Shown piece by piece: positions 13,456-24,915 of a stretch of 64,000 nucleotides of DNA. Every line of letters begins with the position of its first letter. The stretch's first letter is position 1. The stretch comes from Camelus dromedarius (lineage: Eukaryota): contig NC_087456.1 in the NCBI RefSeq assembly GCF_036321535.1, forward strand, positions 28,272,001 through 28,336,000, in the 5' to 3' direction. A program made the translations under genes and the position numbers. The notes beneath the pieces are model-generated. The model made no database searches. It saw only the letters and a program-made list of their open reading frames with translations, and was not told the DNA's origin.

Positions 13456-13560
13456 ACAAAGTTGTAAGACCAGCTTGTGCTTGGCGGCTCTGAGTTGGCA
13501 ACTTGTTTGCAGCCTGAGGTTATCTTGCTTTTGACTGGTCTCATTGATTTCTCTTTGGAG

Positions 13561-13770
13561 GTCTGGGCTGTGAATTCAGCAGGAAAAGCCCCCAGCCGCT
13601 GGACGCGGTGTAGAACCGGGCCTGCCCCGCCAGAAGGTCTCGGGGCCCCCAAGTTCCATGCCGTCTCTCCCACCCACGCAGTGGCCGACATCAGTGCCCC
13701 CCGGAAGCCCAACGGGATCGTCAGTCTCTACAGACTGTTCTCCAGCGACACCAGCGGGGCCCAGACAGTG
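13561..13770 (+). CDS. USH2A: Usherin coding exon (human exon 65 equivalent; FN3 repeat), 210 bp
   Basis: ag|GTCTGG...ACAGTG|gtgagt. Translates VWAVNSAGKAPSRWTRCRTGPAPPEGLGAPKFH...SLYRLFSSDTSGAQTV, recognisable as usherin, and is in frame with the next exon. Confidence 0.97.
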
Positions 13771-15615
13771 GTGAGTAGCAGTACTTTGACCGGTTTATTT
13801 TTTAAAAAATAATACTATACCTTGATGCCCTTGCTCTTTCTTCCCCTCGCTCCTTCTTTCTTCTCCATCTGTTCTCAATTGCCCTGTGGTGCCCTGAGAA
13901 GCACAAAGATCCTTCTGTGAAAAAATAGCATTGGGAAACATCCAGAAGGTACGTCAATGCTCAGGGAAGGAAGGGCTAAAGGCGTGATTAAAGACTCTGC
14001 AAATCACGTAAGAAACCTAAGACTTTAGAGATCATCAAATTAGGTGAGTTAATTTAATTAGAAAACACATGTCAAGCACTTGACATAGTCATGGCTTATA
14101 CTAAGGAGCCAACAAATAGTCTTCGGTGGTGGCGTAAGTGCTAACATGAAAAAGGAAAAGAGCACAGGAAGGCTACCCTCGGAGTCCCCATTTTGGCATG
14201 AGCAACTCTCTAGTAATACACTGAAAACTCAGTGTTTGATGACTTCGAGAAAGTTCCAGCTCTTTGGAAGAGACAGCAGAACAGCTCACTGTCTGTGTGG
14301 TAACACACTTGGGGCACATGGAGGAGGCAAAATGGACTGTGGGGGAATATCGTCTTTCGATTTTGGACAAGCCACTGGGTGGAAGGACACTCATAATCAG
14401 CCAGACCAGTTCCTGCGTAATTTAAATGAAGAGACGACGAACCAGTGGGATGAAGTCTCTTTTCTCTGCAGGACACCTTGTGTCACTCTCACGTTTCTCA
14501 TGAAAAAGTATAGATTATGATACTTTGTTCCCACAAAGCTCATAGAGAAACTTCGCAGATCCCAGTATTACGTTATAAATTATTTAGACCAATTTAGGGA
14601 GCAGTTTTGGCAAGTGTGGAGAAATCCTCTGAGGCCAGCGAGCCAGGTATTGAAATATAATTTCAAAAGATAGCTCACATGCAAGGAAGTCTTGTGTTGA
14701 ATGTTAAAGAAATATTAGCATATTTTCTACAAGGCTTTGTAGTCAATAAATATAGATGATGTAAATACAATCAACCCTTGATTATCCACACTTATAAAAT
14801 GGTAATATTAATAAACTAAAATAATTTATATTTGGAGTGCACTGTACGCATTTTTTTAAACAGCAGGTAACTCTTCTTAATTATACATCGCTTATGTCAA
14901 TGTGAAAATTAGTTTCCCAGTTTCTGAGCTCTTCTGTTTCCAAGAGCACTTAATGAAACCCCAATAAGTTAAAAAAAAATTTGCTCCAAATCAAAAAGTT
15001 TATAATACAACAAAGGTAATTGAAGAAAAATACTATATTTCATGCAAATCAATAACCTTGGATGGAGACATGAACTTTCAAACTCTCAAATATATATAAA
15101 TATATAAAGCATATATTTCAAGTTCTTAAATACTCAACTCTAAGATTTGGGAAGATTAGAGGGGATTTTTGACCCCAAAATTAGATGCCAGTAACAATGG
15201 GAGAATAAGGACCTCAGTGAGTGTTGACTTAGAAATGTAACTTACAGGTAGATTTTGTTTTCCGAAAAGGGCATCCTTCTGAGGGTCACGGAATTTGGTC
15301 AATATTTTGTGAGTTTTGCACCATTTTCTAATGTCTTTCTATGGTAATGGACAATGTTGTGCCTTGTGACTTCTCTCGTGTTACTCCAAACTTCTGTCTA
15401 ACTTTTATTTCATTGCCTTTTTTGCACGTTGAAGCCATGCCTCTCCAGCTGGCTGGGTCACTCCTGAGGGGAAGTGTTGTGCTAGAGGCCGCAGTGCAGC
15501 TCCCAGAGTGACCAGGGTGGGACCCTATTCACAGAAGGTGTGATCCTTGGTAGAAGTGAATCAGCTGCTGTGGTTTGTGACACGGCTGCATCCCGTCTCC
15601 TCTCTCCTCCTGCAG

Positions 15616-15854
15616 CTGTCTGAAGGCACGGCCGCCCAGCAGACTCTTCACGGCCTGCAGCCCTTCACGACGTACTCCATCGGGGTGGAGGCCTGCACCT
15701 GCTTCAACTGTTGCAGCAAAGGGCCAACAGCTGAGCTGAGAACGCCTCCGGCTCCGCCTGCAGGACTGTCCTCTCCCCAGATCCAGATGCTGGCCTCGAG
15801 AACAGCCTCCTTCCAGTGGAGTCCCCCCCAGTTCCCCAATGGTGTCATTCAAAG
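15616..15854 (+). CDS. USH2A: Usherin coding exon (exon 66 equivalent), 239 bp
   Basis: tgcag|CTGTCT...CAAAG|gtagca. Translates LSEGTAAQQTLHGLQPFTTYSIGVEACTCFNCCSKGP...PNGVIQ; ends in phase 2. Confidence 0.97.
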
Positions 15855-16561
15855 GTAGCATGGGGAAGCCAGAAGGACAAATAAACCACAATAAGACATG
15901 CAGAGAGACATGCAAATACCCACACTCCCCCAGGGGGTCTTCCGTACTGAACAGCCACCTATAGCAGAACAGACCAAAAAAATTGATCTGAGTGGTAACG
16001 TTCCCTGCAAAGTATTTCAATCATAAAATCAACTAATGATAGAAATGTGAACTATCTTTAAATAAGAAAGACGATGCAATGTGCTTCCATTCCCAGAAAG
16101 GCTCTGCCCCTCACTGGCATGTTTCATCCTACAGGGCGCAGCTGCCACATAAGGAACTTCAGTGGCTGCTAAGTCAGAATTTCCTTGATCTAATTTAAAA
16201 TGTCATGATCAGCCCCTGTTTGAAAGAACTAAGACGTTATTTCATTCAAAGTAATCTTAAGGGAAAAACGATATCCTTTATTTTCGACAGAGGAAAACAA
16301 TTTTATCTCTCCTCTAAAAAGAGAATGATCTGATCGCTACCAGCAAGGATTCCTCAGCGCTGGGCGGACGGCAACACACGTACACACTTGGCGTCGCTCA
16401 TCACTTCTCTGGTTATGTCCGCTGCCTGTTCCAGTGGCGTTTAAATAAAGTGTTTCTGAGAGCAGTCTCCCGCAGATGGAAATTTTAAAGAGCTGGTAGT
16501 TCTGTGAAAACAAGATGTCTTCTCACAGAATATCACCAAGTTTAAAAGAGAGTTAGATGGT

Positions 16562-16764
16562 GGGGGGTGGGGGGTGAATATAGTTCAGTGGGAGAGTGGG
16601 TGCTTACCTTGCACAAGGTCCAGGGTTCGATCCCCAGTGCCTCCACTTAAAAAATAAATAAGTCAATAAATAAATGAACTTAATTACTCCCTCAAGTCCT
16701 CAAAAATAAAATAATAAAATAAAATAAAACAGAAGTCATGCTAAAAAAAGAGAGAGAGAGAGAG
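16562..16764 (+). mobile_element. tRNA-derived camelid-type SINE with extended A-rich and (GA)n tail
   Basis: Head atatagttcagtgggagagtgggtgcttaccttgcacaaggtccagggttcgatccccagtgcctcca, followed by aataaa repeats and (GA)n. Confidence 0.85.
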
Positions 16765-16820
16765 AACCTTAGACTAACCCCACTACCTGTCTTCTCTTTA
16801 TCGGTCCACTCTCATCCCAG

Positions 16821-17029
16821 CTACGAGCTCCAGCTCCACACGGCCTGCCCCCCGGATTCGGCCACCCCCTGCACTCCCAGCCGAGCAGAGACAAAGCACA
16901 CGGGGCCCGGGCAGAGGGCCAGCGTCGGGGGCCTCCAGCCCTACACCAGCTACCAGCTGAGGCTGGTGGCCCACAACGAGGCGGGCAGCACGGCCTCTGA
17001 ATGGACCAGCTTCGTGACCCAGAAAGAAC
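16821..17029 (+). CDS. USH2A: Usherin coding exon (exon 67 equivalent; FN3), 209 bp
   Basis: cccag|CTACGAG...GAAC|gtgagt. Translates YELQLHTACPPDS...GLQPYTSYQLRLVAHNEAGSTASEWTSFVTQKE; phases match both neighbours. Confidence 0.97.
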
Positions 17030-17321
17030 GTGAGTAGAAGTGGCGGCCACACAAGCCAAAGGGGTAGAGGACAGCGTGGGGGAGGCCGGTCTGGAAAGGC
17101 TGGGGAGACAGTTAACTAAAGGGACAGTGTTTTCTGTTCCATTGACTGCTACTGAGACATCAGTGAGGGTGACCATTGGGAAAAAAAATGCCCATTGGCT
17201 CAAAAAATATGGAGATCAAGAGTGAATTTTGGAAAAGCATTCATGTAGCAATGGGATGAAAACCAACATAGAGAAAGTTAATTCATGGGTAAGAGGAAAA
17301 CAGACAAGCACTTGAGGGGAG

Positions 17322-17604
17322 TTTTTTTTTTTAAACTGAGGTACAGTCAGTTCACAATGTTGTGTCAGTTTCTGGCGTACAGCACAATGTTTCAGTCATA
17401 CAGGAACATACATACATTGCCTTTCATATTCTTTTTTACCGTAAGCTACTACGAGATTTTGAATACAGTTCCCTGTGCTATACAGCATGAACCTGTTTAT
17501 CTATTTTATAAATACCAGTCAGTATCTGCAAATCTGGAACTCCCAGCTTATCCCTTCCCACCCCCTTCCCCTCTGCTAACCATAAGTTTGTTTTCTATGT
17601 CTGT
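17322..17604 (-). mobile_element. 5'-truncated LINE-1 3' UTR
   Basis: Poly-T start; similar to the 3' end of the L1 at 37524. Probable TSD gaggggagttttt (17314-17326) / gagaggacttttt (17605-17617). Confidence 0.85.
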
Positions 17605-17872
17605 GAGAGGACTTTTTAAAGAAGTTTGTCACTCTGTTTCCTCTCAAATGGCACAGCGTGATCGCTAGCATTTCCAGAAGGAACTGGGGTGAGGCACTGT
17701 CAGGAAGAGCAAAAGGGCCGCCGCCTGCAGAGAAGGGCAATCAGCGAATTAATTAGGGCCTCCTTACGTGTCCACAGAATAACTTCTTTTCATATTTTAT
17801 GACGTTTATGTATCTACTGTTTAAAAATCGCAGCTGAAAAAAGGATTGAGAATAAAATAAGTACTTATAATC

Positions 17873-18033
17873 CGAACCAGCTATGTAAATTGTGGGGTCC
17901 ACTGGAAAATGAAAATATGGAGCCCCTTGCTCAACAGTCATTAAGATTTTCAAGACAATGACAGCAGAGCATCAAACTAAGGGTCTTCTACCTGGGCGGC
18001 CTTGTACAGCTGCACAGGTCGTGAAGCCTGTCC
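17873..18033. mobile_element. MER45A-like hAT-Tip100 element
   Basis: cagctatgtaaattgtggggtccactggaaaatgaaaat...gacagcagagcatcaaac...ctgcacaggtcg matches MER45A as I recall it. Confidence 0.75.
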
Positions 18034-18714
18034 TGTTTATAATTCTACCACACCCAGAGGCAACCACCATGAATACTTTAGCATAATTCATTCCTTTAGT
18101 CCCTTTCCTTTGCAGAGTTTTTATTACATGGCTGAGATCATACTCCAATGAAAATTCCACCATCTGCTTTTTATACTTGACATTATTTTTTTTGCATTTC
18201 CCATGGCATTAAAAACTCTTTAACCACCCAGGTTAATGGCTATATAATATTCCATCATGTGAGTTAGTTGGGCTTTTCAGTTGTTCCTATTATTTTCCTT
18301 TTATAAATGCAATGAGAAACGTCTTCATGAACAAATCTTTGTGAATGTCTGATTATCTTCCTGAGTTTCAACAAATGGAACTGACGACAGCAAGCATTTT
18401 GAGTGTGTTAAGGCTTTGGCTACTTAATGCAAATTTGCTCTCCAGAAACATTATATCAGATTATAATCTCACCTTCAGTATTCAGCGCTGACATTTTTAG
18501 AAGTAAGAGTTTTACACTTGTGAAAATCCGGTGTCTCATACAAAGACCTTAATGTGTCAGAGAAACGACATGGCAGGATATTAGCAGGGGGTCACATTTA
18601 GAGAGGACTTGCTCTTTCCTGGCACTGTTCAAGCATTTTACAAATAACCCTTACCACAAACCTCTGAAGTAAGTACCATTATTACCCAAATTCACAGAAG
18701 AGAAAATTGAGGTG

Positions 18715-18865
18715 GGACTATGGACTGTGCCCTGGTGGGTGAGGCTAAGCCGTGATGCTCAGTTAGGTGAGGTGTGGTAAATGCATTTTCAACTTAGGAT
18801 ATTTTAAATTTATGATGAGTTTCTTGGGATGCAGCTTGATCATAAGTCAAGGGAGATTTGTATAT
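18715..18865. mobile_element. Tigger3-like (TcMar) fragment
   Basis: ggctaagc..tgatgctcagttaggtgaggtgtggtaaatgcattttcaactta is the reverse orientation of the element at 49464. Confidence 0.7.
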
Positions 18866-19369
18866 ATATCTGTGTAATTATAAGCCGATTGTGCTAATTA
18901 TTCCACGTTTTGTGCATGTGTAGCCAGAAGGCTGTGTGAGGTTTTCAGGTTATGACCAATTCTCTTTTTAGTCATGAAGCATAGTTTTTGCCAGATATTT
19001 CCTCCTTATGCTGGAAGAACAAAGTGAACGGGTTTAAGACGTCCTGCACTGGTTCTTCCTTGACACTGGAGAAGTGGCTGAAGGTTACAGTAGCACCAAA
19101 GGAGAAAGGATGGATCCACAGACATGGAAAAACACAGTCAATGACTGGCTATCGTATGAGGGTTAAATACCACTTATGCTCCTTTTAACTTATTATACAA
19201 ACTAGCAGAGAGTAGATGTGGGTCAGAGAATACAAATCAGAATATGCTTTGAAAATAGTATTTGCAATTTTCTATAAACGTGGTCACATATACACTCAGA
19301 AAAGGGTCTGGAGAAGCATCAGCAATGTATTCTGCCCTCTCTGCCTGAGCCACACCTTCTGTGGATGAG

Positions 19370-19750
19370 CAGAGGTAAGATGTAAATGTTTAACAACTGG
19401 CCTCCTTGAGAGAAAAACATCCTGGTTCAAAGTTCTTGCCAATCCACGGTGTAAATACTCCCACCTGGCTGAGTTCAAAGTTGCCAACATGACAGCACTG
19501 AACACAGAGTTGGGAAGAGATCATGCCCATTATAGAATATTTCCACCATCCAGATACAGTACATGTTAGTGGCCTGAAGAGCTTAGATAACAATAAAAAG
19601 TAGGGAAAAAATTAAGAAGTTACAAAGTTTTAATATTTATTACCTTTGTTTTAATATACTTTGTGTAGATTTACATGATTTAATTTTAATAGTGGCTGGG
19701 TTGAATAACTGACTCACAAAACTCCTGAATATTTAACCAATAGGATGGAA
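19370..19750. mobile_element. MER63-like hAT-Blackjack element
   Basis: ggtaa..gtaaatgtttaacaactggc...ggtgtaaatactcccacc...tttccaccat..agatacagta. Confidence 0.6.
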
Positions 19751-19809
19751 CATACCCATAAAAGTGAATTAGTAAATCATGCTCCTTTAAATAAAGTGTA
19801 CTGACTGTA

Positions 19810-19985
19810 ACAAAAGAACACGGGCTTTGGAGTTAAGCAGACCCGGGTTCAGATCCTTGGTCTCCTACCAGCTATTGACATTAAGCAAGTTATTTGATCT
19901 TTCTGAACCTTAGTCCCCTCACCTGAATAATTAGGAACTCTTTCAACACTGTTCTGAGAATTAAATGAAGCAAAGCACATCACGT
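19810..19985 (+). mobile_element. MIR SINE
   Basis: cacgggctttggagttaagcagacccgggttcagatcc...gcaagttatttgatctttctgaaccttagt. Confidence 0.75.
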
Positions 19986-21411
19986 ACTTCATTGTACTTT
20001 ACTACCTTATCAGCATAGTAGCTGCTACCATTTTCTCAGTTTCCAGATCCTTTATTCCTGATTATTTTGGTTGTTAGATCACTCTTTTACCTCGAGAAGA
20101 TCTCCAAATCCTGCCAGGCAAGTAAAGCCACTATCTTTCTACTTTTGTGCTGTTCACAAGCATTTTCTTTGTACCGTTATAATGTAGAGGAGATGTGGAA
20201 ATCTACTGAAATTAACAGAGTGAAGCCACCCAAACACAACAGTCTGTTCCATTGTGATATTAGGCAAAATTTGTGTTAGAAAAACAGGTATTTAAAGAGA
20301 GCTCGGTAGCTCTTGTTTCAGTATTTGCAGAAAATTTTTCCTATGGCTTTATGAAAGTACCTTATTTTGAAAGCTAAGAATCAAATTTGTCTTCATGGTT
20401 GAATCTTACAATCACAAAAGTATAATTATTCCTTACTTTGTTATATTTTCTAGCATCAGCAACCGATGGATTTAATTTTTAGGGGAAAAAAATACCCAAT
20501 TTATTTCCACCACTCACTTTTTTCCTTTCTTAAAAGCCAATTTCATACATAGATGGATCTTAATGCTGTTACAAATGTATTGATTATTTTGGAGAAGATG
20601 AGATCTCATGAAATAAATCTCTTCTGACTTGACAAGATGATATGATATCCCATCATCTGTTTCTACAAAAATTGCTCGTTTAAAAGATGAGCCTCAGTTA
20701 AGGATTGTTCTTCCTTTATTTCAGTAAGGAGCTAAAAAATGAAAAGAGAGCCTTCCTGCTAAATGCACACAAAGTTGCTCCTCTGTCTGATATAATACTT
20801 AGGAGACCTGAGCTTGATTATATACTAATGTACTGTACTATTGATTGATTAGTCAGGGCAATGAATTATTATACACGAGTTGCTGTTTGCAAGGCTTTTT
20901 AACTATCTTAGAAAACAAACTAACGGTTCAAGAAAAAGCTTTACAAATAAATGGGTGCCAAAAGAACATAATTCACCATCTAAGCAGTTTGGTTTGGAGA
21001 AAAAAAAAATATATTAACTTCATCTAGTCCTTGGGGCTTTGTGGCAATAAATATTGATTTGATATGAAAAATAGCCATCCACTGTAGTTAATAGTGTTAA
21101 GGATACTTTACCTGTTAAAAAAAGGAAAATGCAACAAAATATGAGCCCCAGGGTTAGGCTGGTGAGCAGAACCATTGTATGTTAATAGTTGTATTTCATA
21201 AAACACCAGTCTCCATTGATTTTTTTTTTTTTTTTGGAAGGCAGGTGCAATATTGCTGAGAAAGCATTTTACACATGTTCCCGTTGGTTCTTGTCACCCC
21301 CCAAGGCCAGGTTTTTCTTTAAGCAGCAAGAAATACATGAAGGGTTTCAGCAAGACCAAAAATGTTTTTGCTCATTTTTTAAAAATAAAAAGCATACACA
21401 CACACCACCAT

Positions 21412-21482
21412 TTTTAGAACTTACAACTTTTTTCCAAACTATTTTAGAACTTAACAACCGTTTTCCAACTATGTTTCGAACT
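21412..21482 (+). repeat. Imperfect 30-bp tandem repeat, about 2.4 copies
   Basis: ttttagaacttacaacttttttccaaacta / ttttagaacttaacaaccgttttccaacta / tgtttcgaact. Confidence 0.85.
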
Positions 21483-21930
21483 CGCATCCTTCTCGCCGCA
21501 GCGCCCCAGTACCGCGCCCCGGTCTCGGTGGACGGCAATCTATCGGTGGTGTGTGTCAGCTGGAGCGGCTCCTTCCAGCTGAACGGCCGGCTGCGGGGGT
21601 TCGTCCTGACGGATGGAGGGCAGCGCGTGTACAGCGGCCTGGACACCGCCCTCTGCATACCGAGGACCGCGGACAAAAGTGAGTTTCCGCCTCCGGTTCC
21701 TCAGTGCGCAGGGAGCTGCGTCTCCCGCTCTCCGAGATGCGCTATCCGCCTGAGAGGTGACCGGCAGATGCTCACCACTGACGTGTCCTGGGTTAAGTGG
21801 TCGCTTCTCGCGGGGAAGTTACTGCTCGGCGTAAATCAGGTTTTCCGGGGGGATTGTGCTGGATGCACTATGTTTCCGATGCGGTCCGCGGAGCGCTGCC
21901 TCCGCTGACTGGGGGTCCCCAGGCGGGAAC
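21480..21930. promoter_or_regulatory. Intragenic CpG-island-like tract
   Basis: 20 CpGs counted by hand in the 177-bp exon alone, and CpG richness continues about 250 bp into the intron. The upstream flank is AT-rich. Confidence 0.7.
21502..21678 (+). CDS. USH2A: Usherin coding exon (exon 68 equivalent), 177 bp
   Basis: ccgcag|CGCCCC...AAAA|gtgagt. Translates PQYRAPVSVDGNLSVVCVSWSGSFQLNGRLRGFVLTDGGQRVYSGLDTALCIPRTADK. Confidence 0.96.
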
Positions 21931-23032
21931 AAGACCCCAGGGCTGGTTGTGTTCACTAGACAAACAGCACCCCCAGGCCATGAGTATCCAGAAACAGTAC
22001 ACTTTTAGGGACTTGAGAGATTTTCCTGATGCATCCCCAGCCTCCAGACTGAGCTCAATCAGGCCATGACCGGCTCCAAATCCTAAGGACCCTGAGTAAG
22101 GGCTTTACTTCACCGACCTCGGGATCTGTTCTTGAAATAATTCTCTTCCCTCTAAAACTGAATTCTTTCTCCCTGTTTAATTTCACATCCTTCTTCTGTT
22201 TGTCTTGTTTTTAAATTGAAATGAGAAAAATCTTTGCAAGGTACGAAGTATTTTCTACAATCAATGTGGCCACACGACCAATAGATGGGAGGCCATTTTA
22301 AGCAATCTAAACTTTTACAATGAATTAATGAGTGGGTTTTTTTTTTCCTTGAAAATTTGTACTATTTATTTTGGCTAAAAGATTCAGGTAAATAGCTCCA
22401 GCATTGATTGCATTTTTAGTATTTGAAATTTATCAATAACATTTTCACAACTATTCAGCTACACATTTTCATGGTCAGAGTTCTTGGTCATCTGGACAGC
22501 GTGTTGGGATGGGGAGGTGTCCTGGCAGTTGGGAGATCCCAGTTCCACTCCTGGCCAGGCCTGTAACCATCTCTGTGACCTTACAAGACTCCCTTCCCTC
22601 GGGGTCCTGGCTATTGTGAGAGTTATTTAGACCATTGGCTTTCCAAGATCCCTTTTGAGCTCTCCTGCTTAGCGAAAAAAACTCTGGGTCTCCAGGAACA
22701 CCTGTATGTTTTAAAGGAACAGGTTTAGATCAGATGCAGAACAAGATGCACTGTATGTATCATCCCTTACTCTGATAATTCTTTCCCTTTGCTATATAGT
22801 CTCTGAACTTATTTAGTTGTTACTTATGTACACACACTATCATTACACTAATAAAAGCTGTTTTTCATGATAGTTTTTAAGTTAGAAATAAGTTTGCATA
22901 TTAGGTGAAAACTTACAACTTGCTGGGGAATCCTATGTCCAGATGTTTTTCATGCTGTAATACATTACTTTTCTAACACTGTGCCCTCTATTTGTAGGTG
23001 TTGAAAAGCTGAGTCATTTACCTTTTCTGTAG

Positions 23033-23116
23033 CTTTCTTTTTCCAGGTCACCTGCACTACAGATGAAGGAAGTGTTAAGACACCTTTGGTCCAATATGAT
23101 ACCTCTACTGGATTCG
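23033..23116 (+). CDS. USH2A: Usherin coding exon (exon 69 equivalent), 84 bp
   Basis: ctgtag|CTTTCT...TTCG|gtaaac. Translates FFFQVTCTTDEGSVKTPLVQYDTSTGF. Only this acceptor keeps the frame. Confidence 0.95.
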
Positions 23117-24892
23117 GTAAACATTTAACTCGAATTATATTTAGTGTAGCATCTACTCATTTTCCTAAAGAAAGTTGCTTATGTTTGTTTATACAGACAT
23201 ACATCTTTGGAAAGACCATATGGAAGAAATTGTTTTAAGTATCATATGAAATTTTTTTTAAGTCCTCATGAAACTTACATTAGGCCTGGAATTAAGATAT
23301 ACTCTTAAAATGCCAAATCATTGAATTGTAGATGCAGGGAGACATGACTAAGCTTCTAAGGACAAATTCTGGCAATAAAGAACTTTGTGAATTTATTTAC
23401 CAGAAAAAAAAAAGTGAATTTATAGAGCAATTCAGAGGAAAGAGATCAGAAGAAAAGATAAAATACTCTAACGCCAATTTGTGTTGATCAGAACAATAAT
23501 ATTCCAGATTCAGAGCCTAAAATGGTAAACTTGGGAAATTTCTGTCCTATAGCCTCTATAAGAGATTATGATTGACTGTTAATACCAAGTAATTTAGCCA
23601 AAATGATGAAATTGCAATTTTTACAAAGCATCTTTTAAATTGAGTTCTACCCATAATCTTTGAATCTAACATACGCAGTAGTTTACAGTTTCAATGGGCA
23701 AATTAGAGAAATGCCAGATCTCTTTCCCAGGCCTCTGGCAGAAATTCAGAATCAAAAGGGTCCAAGAATCTGCTCTTTAAAGGAATCCTGCCCAGTGATT
23801 CTGATGCAAGGGCGGGACCACACGCTGAACAAAAGCACAGAACCTAGACTGACCCACCTGTTCAATCTCACCAGTCCCCTCTCCTCGGTCCGTGGGAAGT
23901 ATGCCTTCCCCGGAGACAGGCAATTAATAGGGAGCAGTTTATGATGACTCCAGTTCTGTGCTGGGTTTTTCTTTAGAATCAAGGTCCAACCAGGTGAATT
24001 CTCTACCCTGATGGTGAACCTCTCCCTTGATGAGTGGGGTCCCTTAAAATAAAAGTTCTTTGCAAAGAAAAAAGGGATACAGAGACACCATCCTGTCCTG
24101 ATTTCAAGCTTCTCATAACACAGGAGAAATTTCCTGTCGGTTCATGAATACAAAGTGGTTTCATTGCTGAGAGAAGGAGCACCGAGGACTGTGTGAAGTT
24201 ATGGAAAATTCCAAGATGTACTGTCTGACTAATATCCATAGTCACTTTTAATTTTTCTGATATAACTTTTTAAATGTTTCTGTCCCCTTGCCTGAAGGCA
24301 GCCTTCAAGCAGGCAAGTCAGGCAGACCTCATTTCTCTGCGACTGTTCGGAGGGTTCTTTTTCCCTTTTGAGGCTTCCCCTGGGCAGGCTGCCTTCATTC
24401 CCCTGTGTCCTCCGGGGCAAGGGGTCCACTAGGCCCGTCAGATCAGTTTCTGGAGCTACAGCCCTGTGGCCCACATGGAGAAAACTCTCCTAGCGCATAA
24501 CCAAAAATTGTGGGGATTTTAAAAAAATCAAACACCACACATTGCTTCCTAATTAGAAGAATGCCGATCTCCTGAAAGTGGATGAGAACTTTGACGCCAA
24601 CCCTCCATTTTAGAGATGAACCAACGCAGACCCCGAGAAGCCCGGACTTTTCAAGGACAGAGCTATGAGAAGTAGAGTTAGGGTTATAACGGACGGTATC
24701 CCTCCGTTCATGGGGCTCAAACTTCAGTTTTAGTCCTTTCTCTCCCTCCCTTAACATCCTCACCCCAGCGCTGAGTGTGTCCCCTTTAATCCTCCCCTTG
24801 AGAATGTGGCTGTGAAGCGCCAAGCATGCCATCCTGTGCTCAAGGTGCTGGAAAGGGGGACGAAGGTCCGTGTAGCCAGGAGGCGTTTGCGG

Positions 24893-24915
24893 CTGTCTGT
24901 CTGTCTGTCTGTCTG
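24893..24915 (+). repeat. (CTGT)n microsatellite, about 6 units
   Basis: ctgtctgtctgtctgtctgtctg. Confidence 0.95.

Noticed and set aside
423-13560. Search for the preceding USH2A exon (human exon 64 equivalent)
   Set aside because: No matching reading frame found, so it presumably lies upstream of the window. All listed ORFs here are short or repeat-derived.
21189-21908. 239-aa plus-strand ORF
   Set aside because: It is simply USH2A exon 68 plus stop-free intronic flanks. The upstream part is low-complexity and the downstream part is GC-rich, and canonical splice sites bound the true exon.
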